Source: a virus
Taxonomy: Duplodnaviria; Heunggongvirae; Uroviricota; Caudoviricetes
IMG/VR virus record: IMGVR_UViG_2585427793_000014
Location: 1 to 22,505 of that record
DNA: 22,505 nucleotides
Reading direction: 5' to 3' (one strand)
The notes beneath the pieces were generated by a model. It worked only from the letters and a program-made list of their open reading frames with translations, made no database searches and was not told the DNA's origin. Below are positions 9,063 through 16,502 of this stretch, one piece after another (position 1 is the stretch's first letter; each line of letters begins with the position of its first letter). The position numbers and the translations under genes are program-made.

Positions 9063-9385
9063 ACTTTCAGGCCCCTCTCATGTAACCAGTAGGCTGCACG
9101 CAGCCTGGCGTTTTCCTCACCGGCAAGCAGTGCGCGGATAATCCCGACCGCCTCGCTGTCGTCGTCCTTCACCGCGGTATGAAGCGTGATCCCCCGGGCC
9201 ACGCCACGCTTTATCGTGATGACGCCTTTTTTCTCCAGTGCGCGAAGATGCTCCACCGCTGTATTCACTGAACGGTATCCCAGCATGGTTGCCACCTCCT
9301 GATTGGTTGGCGGGAAGCCACGTTCTTTCTGATAAGAAATCAGCATATCCAGCACCTGCTGCTGGCATTGAGTTAACGTCGTCAT
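9059..9385 (-). CDS. LexA-like N-terminal DNA-binding domain protein lacking the S24 peptidase domain (108 aa)
   Basis: MTTLTQCQQQVLDMLISYQKERGFPPTNQEVATMLGYRSVNTAVEHLRALEKKGVITIKRGVARGITL aligns by eye at roughly 50% identity with the LexA winged-helix domain (LTARQQEVFDLI...[36 protein letters not shown]...SRGIRL). No Ser/Lys autoprotease region; ATGA overlap with the upstream gene. Confidence 0.6.
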   Translation of the reverse strand: MTTLTQCQQQVLDMLISYQKERGFPPTNQEVATMLGYRSVNTAVEHLRALEKKGVITIKRGVARGITLHTAVKDDDSEAVGIIRALLAGEENARLRAAYWLHERGLKV

Positions 9386-10035
9386 GCCGCCATCTCCCTG
9401 ACCAGTTTTTCCGCCTGCTGGCGAACCTGCGCCAGAAACGCCTCACCACATGCCTCAAGTTCATCGCGCCCGATGTAGCTGATTGCCGGTCCCTTCCAGG
9501 TCTTGTCAAAAACAGCAATAGCACCAGCGAAAAAAGCTCCTGTCGGTACCTGCTTCTCGTCTTTCGGGATAAACCAGACAGGCAGTTCAAAACCAATACG
9601 CCCACGAATAAAAGCAATATGATCTGCATATTCCGGCCACCACACTTCGCTGGTGGCAGCTTTGATCAGGAAAACATAGCGCCCGCCCTTATCACGCATG
9701 GCACTGGCATGTTTCATGATGTAACGCATGCCGGTGATGTATTGCCCATCATGTTGACTGGCGCGGCTGTATGGAGGATTACCAAAGGCAGCACCTTTAA
9801 GCCCCGCAAGGCGTTCTGACCAGTCATGCGCCAGCGCGTTGTCTTCCGCCGTGTAATACGCGGCACATTTGGCGTTATCACCGTCAGTGAACAGATCCAG
9901 AACAAACGGGCCAAACAGGGTGTTAATTCCCCAGAAAATGTTGTCCGGCGTGCACCACTGATCACCCACTTCCTTCAGTTCATGGGCTGGTTTGTTCCGC
10001 AGTTCCACCAGCTCCTGGCAATATTTATTACTCAT
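9382..10035 (-). CDS. dam: Phage Dam-type DNA N6-adenine methyltransferase
   Basis: Contains the catalytic GNPPYS (NPPY) motif; about 218 aa from ATG 10033-10035, which overlaps the upstream stop (TAATG). The track ORF extends to 10068. Confidence 0.8.
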   Translation of the reverse strand: MSNKYCQELVELRNKPAHELKEVGDQWCTPDNIFWGINTLFGPFVLDLFTDGDNAKCAAYYTAEDNALAHDWSERLAGLKGAAFGNPPYSRASQHDGQYITGMRYIMKHASAMRDKGGRYVFLIKAATSEVWWPEYADHIAFIRGRIGFELPVWFIPKDEKQVPTGAFFAGAIAVFDKTWKGPAISYIGRDELEACGEAFLAQVRQQAEKLVREMAA

Positions 10036-10523
10036 TAAGCCCCCACGTAATTCCCTGACAGATACCACTCATCACCCGATACAGCTCGCTTGCTGCTTTT
10101 CCGTAAGCACCGCTCACGACGCGCCAGAAAATTGTTTCGTTCTGGCTGGGAGTGGCTTTCACGGAATGCCGCCATCCACACGGTTGCAGCACGACGGTAT
10201 AAGCCCCTTGACTCCAGTTCTTCAGCCTGGCGGGTCAGGCACAAAATCACCCGGGGATCGTTAGTGCCGACATAGAAATTGCGCACAGGTCTGGTTTCAC
10301 GAACTGGTTGTGGTTCCGGCTCCTGCGCTCTCTCAGTCAGGCGTGGGAAATGTCTGCGTGTATCTCCTTCACAACGGTGAGCCACACGCCCACTCTGACG
10401 TAACTTGCTTGCTGACTGCAGAACGCGCTGCCGTGAGTAACCAGCAAAAGCATCCGCAATGTCTCCGGAAGTACACCCCGGATGGGCTTCAATGAATTTC
10501 TGAACTTCATTCAAAAGACTCAT
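10035..10523 (-). CDS. YfdN-like protein with PerC-like C-terminal region (putative transcriptional regulator)
   Basis: C-terminal ...LESRGLYRRAATVWMAAFRESHSQPERNNFLARRERCLRK resembles the PerC/Pch motif as I recall it; size and position (just after the O-like gene) match CPS-53 yfdN. Start at ATG 10521-10523. Confidence 0.45.
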   Translation of the reverse strand: MSLLNEVQKFIEAHPGCTSGDIADAFAGYSRQRVLQSASKLRQSGRVAHRCEGDTRRHFPRLTERAQEPEPQPVRETRPVRNFYVGTNDPRVILCLTRQAEELESRGLYRRAATVWMAAFRESHSQPERNNFLARRERCLRKSSKRAVSGDEWYLSGNYVGA

Positions 10524-10525
10524 GA

Positions 10526-11518
10526 TCACCCCCTGAATCCTACCGGGATCTGGCTGTAGTCCACGTTGTCGTAACTGGCTTTGAAGTACGGGTCTTCACG
10601 TTTTTCTGTGTGCGTGCTGACGGACGGCGATAAGCGCAGGGAAAGCTCATCCCATTTTTCCCGCAACTTCGACGGGCTGAGCACGTTACGGCACCAGAAC
10701 GGATCACGGCTGACGCGGCTGTACATTTCGCAGATTTGTTTGTGAGTACGACCATCCTGCACACACATCAGGCGAATTTCGTTTGCCCATGCTGTCCAGT
10801 TCGGTTCTTTGGGACGAACCACCTCGCCGTCACATTCGGCGGCCTGCTCGTACAGGGCGATGATTTTTTTCCAGAGACACTGTGCGCAGGTCAAATCATC
10901 CTGCGTTCCCCACTGGCGCTTTTTAGGGCTGAATACAACCGCATCAGGATGGCGAGTTAAAAACTCCTGTTCAGCCGTTTGCGTGTCCGGTTGCGAAGCG
11001 TCCGGACGAGAAGAGGTTTTATTCTCTGTAGTAATCTCTGTTGTATTCTCTGTAAGATCATTGGGCCATTTTGACCCGATGACAGCGTGTCGTTTTGAAC
11101 CAATGGATCGTGTCATTTTGCGCCCATCCATCAGGTCACTTTGACCCGATGGAGAAGTGCATTTTGACCTGATGGATTCGTTCACTTTGACCTCTTCTAA
11201 AAGCTCACTTTCATAGTTGATCGTGTAGAAGTTGGTCATGTCACGCTTCGATTTATTGAGTTGCTCGCGACGCAAAACCCCAAGTGATTTCAGGCTTGCA
11301 AATGTGCGTTTCAGAGTGGACTCTGACCAGAACGGAAACTGCTCCAGCCACTGTTCTGTCGTGTTATAAACCCAGCGAATTCCGCCATGCTCAGTGCCTG
11401 AATTCGTTTCATTCAGCCAGTAATGAAGCTGCTGCAACACAATTGCCTCATTCAGACCAATACGACATGCAAGATCACGATTTATCACAATGGGCTGGGA
11501 TGTCATTAACAGGCTCAT
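10526..11518 (-). CDS. Replication initiator (O-like, iteron-binding replisome organiser)
   Basis: N-terminal winged-helix-like domain (MSLLMTSQPIVINRDLACRIGLNEAIVLQQLHYWL...); origin-type iterons lie inside the coding sequence in the linker region, as in lambda O; position downstream of the cro/CII-like genes. ATGA overlaps at both ends. Confidence 0.75.
   Translation of the reverse strand: MSLLMTSQPIVINRDLACRIGLNEAIVLQQLHYWLNETNSGTEHGGIRWVYNTTEQWLEQFPFWSESTLKRTFASLKSLGVLRREQLNKSKRDMTNFYTINYESELLEEVKVNESIRSKCTSPSGQSDLMDGRKMTRSIGSKRHAVIGSKWPNDLTENTTEITTENKTSSRPDASQPDTQTAEQEFLTRHPDAVVFSPKKRQWGTQDDLTCAQCLWKKIIALYEQAAECDGEVVRPKEPNWTAWANEIRLMCVQDGRTHKQICEMYSRVSRDPFWCRNVLSPSKLREKWDELSLRLSPSVSTHTEKREDPYFKASYDNVDYSQIPVGFRG
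11010..11200. repeat. ori: Putative replication origin: about 6 iterons (consensus YCAYTTTGACCCGATGGA, about 22-bp period) plus 3 upstream TCTCTGT repeats, inside the O-like gene
   Basis: Directly visible repeats: CATTTTGACCCGATGAC (11065), CGTTTTGAACCAATGGATC (11088), CATTTTGCGCCCATCCATC (11110), CACTTTGACCCGATGGAG (11135), CATTTTGACCTGATGGATT (11157), CACTTTGACCTC (11179); also TCTCTGT at three places in 11020-11052. Confidence 0.65.
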
Positions 11519-11739
11519 GCCGCACCTCCGAGATGCTTCATGTTTTTTCCGGAGCGAAAGGCTATAAGCGGCATACTGACGCGGTAATTACGACCCAGCG
11601 GTTCACAAATCACCTTCTGACATTCACGGTCCACCAGGCTAACACGTAGAACATGCCCTGCAGGCGTGGTGTACCACTGACCGGGGCGAGGACAACGGAA
11701 AGTCTGATTGGTAAATCGTTTGAAAATATTCCGGATCAT
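11515..11739 (-). CDS. Hypothetical 74-aa protein
   Basis: Translationally coupled (ATGA overlaps) to both the upstream Rha-domain gene and the downstream O-like gene. No family recognised. Confidence 0.4.
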   Translation of the reverse strand: MIRNIFKRFTNQTFRCPRPGQWYTTPAGHVLRVSLVDRECQKVICEPLGRNYRVSMPLIAFRSGKNMKHLGGAA

Positions 11740-12899
11740 TTGCGCCCCCTTACCTCTGAAGAGTTCAGCGACGAATGAATAAGACGGGCAAGAAATGCCG
11801 CATCGTTAATTCGGTCATACAGACTTACAGCCAGAGGTGATTCAGCTTTTTCCAGCATGGGATAAAGCTGCTGCAACCAGACCTGATGAATTGATGAAAT
11901 GTAGGAATAGAGAACACTGGCGTTATGTGCAACGTCGCTCGGTACAGCGGGCTTTGAAAGCTGTTTCTCCATCTGGTTAAAGGCATTGATGTATGCCTCT
12001 TTGAACTGGGCAGCACGTTTACCCGTGAAACCCATAGCAAGAAACGCAAAGCCATCGCGGGTTATTTGATAGCAAGGTAGTTTGCGAGTACCGCCGTTGG
12101 GCTGGCGTACCAAAATTGATGTCTCCGCAAAATTGCGGGCACAAAACTCTGGAGAACAATCCAAAATGCGAATCTTTTTCAGAACATCGTCATGACGTTT
12201 AGAGAAGAAGTCAGCAACAGCCAAAGAAGATGTAACAGCCTGACCATCAACGATGGCAATTTCAGGTTGAGAGAGGGTTGGGAGAGTAGTCATAGTGACA
12301 GCCCCGGTAGTCAGTTTTTTAGAAAACTCACCACATGGGACGCCAATCACAGAGGTGGTGAGACGTACAGGGTTGGCGTTACCGGAGACTACCGAACCCG
12401 GCCCGACCGAAGTCGGCCCTGTACGCCCCACCATAATTTGGGCGTAGCAATGCTCATGACACGAAAAAACCGCATGAGCGCGGTTATGCTCAGTAATCAA
12501 TTTCAGGACGCCAATCCCGGCACCCGCTTTATAAGGTGCCTGAACAGTGTAACGTCCCGGAATGGCAGAATCAATGTGCTGGTGGTCCTTCACACTCAAC
12601 AAAATCACGCCTGAATTTCCACAAAGGACTAAAGCACTCATGCGGGTAGTCTTTGCGAAGATAGATAACGCGCTGAGTTTCTGGCTCCCAACGAATAACA
12701 TGGACATAAAGCCCTCTTCCATCACGAAACCAGCGGTTAAGTTCCTGCACAACTCGCCCCCCACAGTCAGGTAAAGTTCTCTGTGGTTACTTACAGCCAG
12801 GTGATTTGGTAATCTGCATTCATGCCGTAACAACAGGTGTTCAGCGACACTGACCACCAGCTGTTGCGACAAACGGTTATTTGCCGTTAAACTGTTCAT
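11736..12899 (-). CDS. Rha-domain phage regulatory protein with about 200-aa N-terminal extension
   Basis: Residues about 205-320 (LSQPEIAIVDGQAVTSSLAVADFFSKRHDDVLKKIRILD...GTRKLPCYQITRDGFAFLAMGFTGKRAAQFKEAYINAFNQME) match the Rha pattern. ATG 12897-12899 overlaps the CII-like stop (ATGA). The N-terminal 200 aa have atypical composition. Confidence 0.55.
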   Translation of the reverse strand: MNSLTANNRLSQQLVVSVAEHLLLRHECRLPNHLAVSNHRELYLTVGGELCRNLTAGFVMEEGFMSMLFVGSQKLSALSIFAKTTRMSALVLCGNSGVILLSVKDHQHIDSAIPGRYTVQAPYKAGAGIGVLKLITEHNRAHAVFSCHEHCYAQIMVGRTGPTSVGPGSVVSGNANPVRLTTSVIGVPCGEFSKKLTTGAVTMTTLPTLSQPEIAIVDGQAVTSSLAVADFFSKRHDDVLKKIRILDCSPEFCARNFAETSILVRQPNGGTRKLPCYQITRDGFAFLAMGFTGKRAAQFKEAYINAFNQMEKQLSKPAVPSDVAHNASVLYSYISSIHQVWLQQLYPMLEKAESPLAVSLYDRINDAAFLARLIHSSLNSSEVRGRK

Positions 12900-13459
12900 G
12901 CGTTAGTTTCTCCACAGACACAAAACGCCACGACGCCCGGAGCTGCACACTCGCGGGCGTCACTCTTTTCTGGAGCGCAAAAGATTTTGTAGACCAGTGC
13001 TGCATGCTCCTGGAGCTTCGAAATTGACAGATACAACTCATCATTAATTGCTGTCTGCTCGTGTGGCTCCACTACCCCATCTTCGATTGCCGAACGAATC
13101 TGCTTTGAGTAACTCCCGATCTGTTCGATGACTTCCAGCAGGCGCTGGTTTATATCGGCGTTCTCTACTTCCTCAATTTCAGGAAGCGATACAAACACCC
13201 CACCAGCAGACTGTGCGACAGCATCCGCAATGTAGTGAGTGCCAGCCGCGCGCTGTAAAATCATTGCCCATCCCAGCGGGAAAATCTGATCGCCATCTGC
13301 ACGAAGGCGGTTGAATAAAGCGTTCTCTGTTACATCCAGCCACTCAGCAGCTTCAGCGTAACCCCCCGGCAACGCCGCGATAGTTTTTCTGACAGCTTTC
13401 ACGTACCACTCAGGCTGTTTTTCTACTTTCCAGTGATGCTTACCCACGGTTAGCCTCAT
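12896..13459 (-). CDS. CII-like regulatory protein (possibly CP76-type phage CII family)
   Basis: 187-aa ORF immediately downstream of the cro-like gene in the rightward early operon (synteny with cII). Family assignment is from memory and weak. Confidence 0.4.
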   Translation of the reverse strand: MRLTVGKHHWKVEKQPEWYVKAVRKTIAALPGGYAEAAEWLDVTENALFNRLRADGDQIFPLGWAMILQRAAGTHYIADAVAQSAGGVFVSLPEIEEVENADINQRLLEVIEQIGSYSKQIRSAIEDGVVEPHEQTAINDELYLSISKLQEHAALVYKIFCAPEKSDARECAAPGVVAFCVCGETNA

Positions 13460-13490
13460 CGTTCTGTGGTTAAAAATTGAAGGTGTTCTG

Positions 13491-13691
13491 TTAATCTTTC
13501 GGATAGATATCCGGTCTTAAGTCAGATTTCGTAATTGCACCTGACGTGCATTGCTCAAGTTTTTTAGCCAACACAAAACTGGCTTTTTTATAACCATTGA
13601 AAACCAGCCGTAAGTAGCCTGGTGTTGAGCCAACTTTTCCGGCCAACTCGCCCTGCTGTTCTTTGGTTAAAGAGTCCCAATACGCTTTCAT
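13491..13691 (-). CDS. cro: Cro-like / YdaS-like HTH regulator (66 aa)
   Basis: MKAYWDSLTKEQQGELAGKVGSTPGYLRLVFNGYKKASFVLAKKLEQCTSGAITKSDLRPDIYPKD. GGAGGT ribosome-binding site 9 nt upstream of ATG 13689-13691; divergent from the cI-like gene. The longer track ORF (to 13994) overlaps cI and is rejected. Confidence 0.7.
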   Translation of the reverse strand: MKAYWDSLTKEQQGELAGKVGSTPGYLRLVFNGYKKASFVLAKKLEQCTSGAITKSDLRPDIYPKD

Positions 13692-13781
13692 ACAATATGT
13701 ACCTCCGATATACATATTACATGATTGAGATGAACCTTCAAGATACTTGTACCCTATCGGTACAAAGGTTTTAATTTCGTT
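13692..13781. promoter_or_regulatory. OR-like divergent control region: two operator palindromes sharing a (A/T)TGTACC half-site, PR-like and PRM-like promoters
   Basis: Palindromes AATATGTA-N9-TACATATT (13694-13718) and TTGTACC-CTATC-GGTACAA (13747-13765). Minus-strand promoter candidate: -35 TTGAAG (13736-13741), 16-bp spacer, -10 TAATAT (13714-13719). Plus-strand candidate: -35 TTGTAC (13747-13752), -10 TTAATT/TAATTT (13771-13777), giving a near-leaderless cI message. Confidence 0.6.
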
Positions 13782-14456
13782 ATGAAAACAGTCCATGACA
13801 TCCGGCGGTCTAACGCCAGAAAACTGAGAGATGGTGTTGGCGGGAATTCTTCCTTTGCCACCATGATTGATCGCGAGCCAACCCAGACCAGCAGGTTTAT
13901 GGGAGATGGTGCTACTAAAAATATCGGTGACAGCATGGCACGGCACATCGAAAAATGTTTCGACCTGCCTGTCGGATGGCTTGATCAAGAACACCAGACA
14001 ACAAACATCACAAAAAAACCTGATGTTTCAATTACTAACAAACAAATAACGTTAGTCCCTGTCATATCATGGGTACAGGCCGGAGCATGGAAAGAAGTTG
14101 GCTATTCTGAGGTTGATTTGAGCACAGCAGAAACTTATCCCTGCCCTGTACCCTGTGGCGAAATGACTTATATCTTGCGGGTGATTGGTGATTCAATGAT
14201 TGATGAGTACCGCCCGGGAGACATGATTTTTGTTGATCCTGAAGTCCCTGCCTGCCACGGTGACGACGTTATTGCATTGATGCACGATACAGGCGAAACC
14301 ACCTTCAAGCGGTTGATAGAAGATGGAACACAGCGTTATCTCAAAGCATTAAACCCAAACTGGCCTGAGCCTTACATTAAGATTAACGGTAATTGCTCTA
14401 TAATTGGTACAGTAATTTTCTCAGGAAAACCAAGAAGATACAAAATAAAGGCCTAA
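13782..14456 (+). CDS. cI: CI-type prophage repressor with C-terminal S24 (LexA-like) autopeptidase domain
   Basis: C-terminal VIGDSMIDEYRPGDMIFVDPE...ETTFKRLIEDGTQRYLKALNPNWPEPYIKING..CSIIGTVI aligns by eye with lambda CI (GNSM...[23 protein letters not shown]...CSVVGKVI). N-terminal DNA-binding region; divergent from cro. Confidence 0.9.
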   Translation: MKTVHDIRRSNARKLRDGVGGNSSFATMIDREPTQTSRFMGDGATKNIGDSMARHIEKCFDLPVGWLDQEHQTTNITKKPDVSITNKQITLVPVISWVQAGAWKEVGYSEVDLSTAETYPCPVPCGEMTYILRVIGDSMIDEYRPGDMIFVDPEVPACHGDDVIALMHDTGETTFKRLIEDGTQRYLKALNPNWPEPYIKINGNCSIIGTVIFSGKPRRYKIKA

Positions 14457-14469
14457 TCAATATTTATAA

Positions 14470-14491
14470 CCTGCTTCGGCAGGTTTTTTTA
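14470..14491 (+). terminator. Intrinsic terminator downstream of cI
   Basis: CCTGC-TTCG-GCAGG hairpin followed by a run of seven T. Confidence 0.7.
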
Positions 14492-14494
14492 TAC

Positions 14495-14528
14495 TTGACA
14501 ATGTACCCTTGAGATACATAATGTATCT
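14495..14528 (+). promoter_or_regulatory. PL-like early-left promoter with overlapping operator
   Basis: -35 TTGACA (14495-14500), 16-17 bp spacer, -10 CATAAT/ATAATG (14517-14523). The spacer contains ATGTACC (same half-site as in the OR region) and the palindrome AGATACATAATGTATCT (14512-14528) overlaps the -10. Confidence 0.6.
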
Positions 14529-15122
14529 AAAAGAAACATGCCACAGGCAAGATTAAACAAAATTTGCTTGTAACACGGCGTATGGCACATGCGTCGTTAG
14601 CGGTCTGGGGACGTTAAAGGGGACAATCCACTCCTTGCTCGGGCAAACAAACCAGGTAGCCGGAATGTGCAAGTCAATGAGGATGCTGATAAGACGCCTA
14701 ACCAGCGTGGCGATTCGGTTTGACGCCTGGGAAGAGACCAGGGTGCAACGATGAGGGCATTTATGGAGCCGCGACAAAGTGTGGTGCCGTAACTGGCTAA
14801 GTGCTCTCAGCGTTGTGGTAATCCGCGAAATGGCGCGGCGGTAAGTATGGCGGGGGTACTCTTTCCCCCTTGAGGACACCGGATTGTCAGGTTGACCATA
14901 CGCCTGAGTGACAACCCCACCACAACAGCCACTGCTTTGGCGGTACCAGTTTGTGCACTTGCTTCCGGCTGGTACCGCTCTTTTTACAAAACAGAGAAGA
15001 GCATCACCGGACGACGGGCTCATAACCCAATCCATCCGGGCGGCTGCCACCGCAGGTGTTCTTCTCTGTTTTGTGGAGAAACCAACCGACCTTGCAGGGT
15101 CGATATGATGAGGAGCAGCAAA
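14529..15122 (+). promoter_or_regulatory. Long (about 590 nt) structured untranslated leader of the early-left operon; no N-like ORF
   Basis: No plausible ORF on either strand (only compositionally junk ORFs). Several stable inverted repeats: GGGGGTACTCTTTCCCCC (about 14863-14881); GCGGTACCAG/CTGGTACCGC (14940-14949 / 14975-14984) followed by TCTTTTTAC; ACAAAACAGAGAAGAG / TTCTTCTCTGTTTTGT (about 14986-15001 / 15061-15076). A boxA-like CGCTCTTTTTACAA lies at about 14981-14994. Confidence 0.35.
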
Positions 15123-15485
15123 ATGGCTAGCGAACGCAGTACTGATGTGCAGGCATTTATCGGGGAGTTGGACGGCGGCGTATTTGAAACCAAAATCGGC
15201 GCAGTTCTCAGTGAAGTCGCTTCAGGTGTGATGAACACGAAAACCAAAGGTAAGGTCTCACTCAACCTGGAAATCGAACCATTTGATGAGAACCGTGTGA
15301 AAATCAAACACAAACTCTCATATGTTCGCCCGACTAACCGCGGGAAAATTTCTGAAGAAGACACCACCGAAACGCCGATGTATGTCAATCGCGGTGGTCG
15401 CCTGACTATTCTGCAGGAAGACCAGGGACAATTACTGACTCTTGCCGGTGAACCTGACGGAAAACTCCGCGCAGCAGGTCATTAA
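15123..15485 (+). CDS. Hypothetical 120-aa protein (YfdP-like by position and size)
   Basis: GAGGAG ribosome-binding site 8 nt upstream of ATG 15123; first gene after the leader; followed by the YfdQ-like gene. No arginine-rich motif, so not an N homolog. Confidence 0.5.
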   Translation: MASERSTDVQAFIGELDGGVFETKIGAVLSEVASGVMNTKTKGKVSLNLEIEPFDENRVKIKHKLSYVRPTNRGKISEEDTTETPMYVNRGGRLTILQEDQGQLLTLAGEPDGKLRAAGH

Positions 15486-15550
15486 TATCGTTCTTAATTA
15501 ACTGATTATTTATCTCATCACTGAATATCTTTATATAGTGAGGACTTATT

Positions 15551-16375
15551 ATGTCTCAGAACTTAGACGCAACCGCAATTAATCAAATCCATGCTCTTAT
15601 TTCTGCTCAGGGTGTTAATGAAATTATCAGTAAGATTGGTGCCGATGCTGTGGCATTGCCTGAGAATTTCCGCATTCATGATCTGGAAAAATTTAATTTA
15701 AATCGCTTCCGTTTCCGTGGTGCGCTTTCCACTGCCAGCATCGATGACTTTACCCGTTATTCTAAAGATCTTGCAGATGAAGGCACCCGCTGCTTTATCG
15801 ACGCCGATAATATGCGTGCCGTCAGTGTACTTAACCTGGGTACTATCGATGAACCAGGTCACGCAGATAACACCGCCACTCTCAAACTGAAAAAGACAGC
15901 ACCGTTTTCTGCCCTGTTGTCTGTTAACGGCGAGCGTAACTCCCAGAAGTCACTGGCAGAATGGATTGAAGACTGGGCCGACTACCTTGTGGGCTTTGAT
16001 GCTAATGGTGACGCCATTCAGGCAACCAAAGCGGCTGCGGCGATTCGTAAAATCACAATTGAAGCGAACCAGACAGCTGATTTTGAAGATAATGACTTCA
16101 GCGGCAAACGCTCCCTGATGGAGTCAGTCGAAGCGAAGACCAAAGACATTATGCCAGTGGCATTTGAATTTAAATGCGTTCCGTTTGAAGGCCTGAAAGA
16201 ACGTCCGTTTAAATTACGCCTCAGCATTATCACTGGCGATCGTCCTGTACTGGTTCTGCGCATTATTCAGCTGGAAGCGGTGCAGGAAGAAATGGCTAAC
16301 GAATTTCGTGATCTGCTTGTTGAGAAATTCAAAGACAGCAAAGTCGAAACCTTTATTGGTACTTTCACCGCCTGA
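15551..16375 (+). CDS. DUF2303 / YfdQ-like protein (274 aa)
   Basis: Length and sequence character match my recollection of CPS-53 YfdQ; GAGGA ribosome-binding site 7 nt upstream. Confidence 0.7.
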   Translation: MSQNLDATAINQIHALISAQGVNEIISKIGADAVALPENFRIHDLEKFNLNRFRFRGALSTASIDDFTRYSKDLADEGTRCFIDADNMRAVSVLNLGTIDEPGHADNTATLKLKKTAPFSALLSVNGERNSQKSLAEWIEDWADYLVGFDANGDAIQATKAAAAIRKITIEANQTADFEDNDFSGKRSLMESVEAKTKDIMPVAFEFKCVPFEGLKERPFKLRLSIITGDRPVLVLRIIQLEAVQEEMANEFRDLLVEKFKDSKVETFIGTFTA

Positions 16376-16502
16376 TTTCATTACTGCAAATGCCCCTGCG
16401 GGGGCATTTATGGAAACGTAATTAACTCAATAATCACCGGATGGTGAGAGCTTCCTTTTACCAGAATTCAGCGCGGTGCAGCGCATATACGTGGAGAACA
16501 AA

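Noticed and set aside
12192-12774. Plus-strand ORFs antisense to the Rha-domain gene
   Set aside because: The minus-strand ORF is continuous with a recognisable Rha domain and is translationally coupled to its neighbours; the plus-strand ORFs have no ribosome-binding site and odd composition.
13692-13994. Long form (167 aa) of the cro-like ORF
   Set aside because: The upstream part overlaps the cI-like gene on the opposite strand and the operator region; the internal ATG 13691 has a strong GGAGGT ribosome-binding site and gives a typical 66-aa Cro-like protein.
14553-15108. ORFs in the post-PL leader: 165 aa on the minus strand (14553-15050), 66 aa on the plus strand (14908-15108), and the N-terminal extension of 14892-15485
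   Set aside because: Arg/Cys/His/Ser-rich junk composition and no ribosome-binding sites; the region is better explained as structured non-coding RNA. The real gene begins at ATG 15123, which has a GAGGAG ribosome-binding site.
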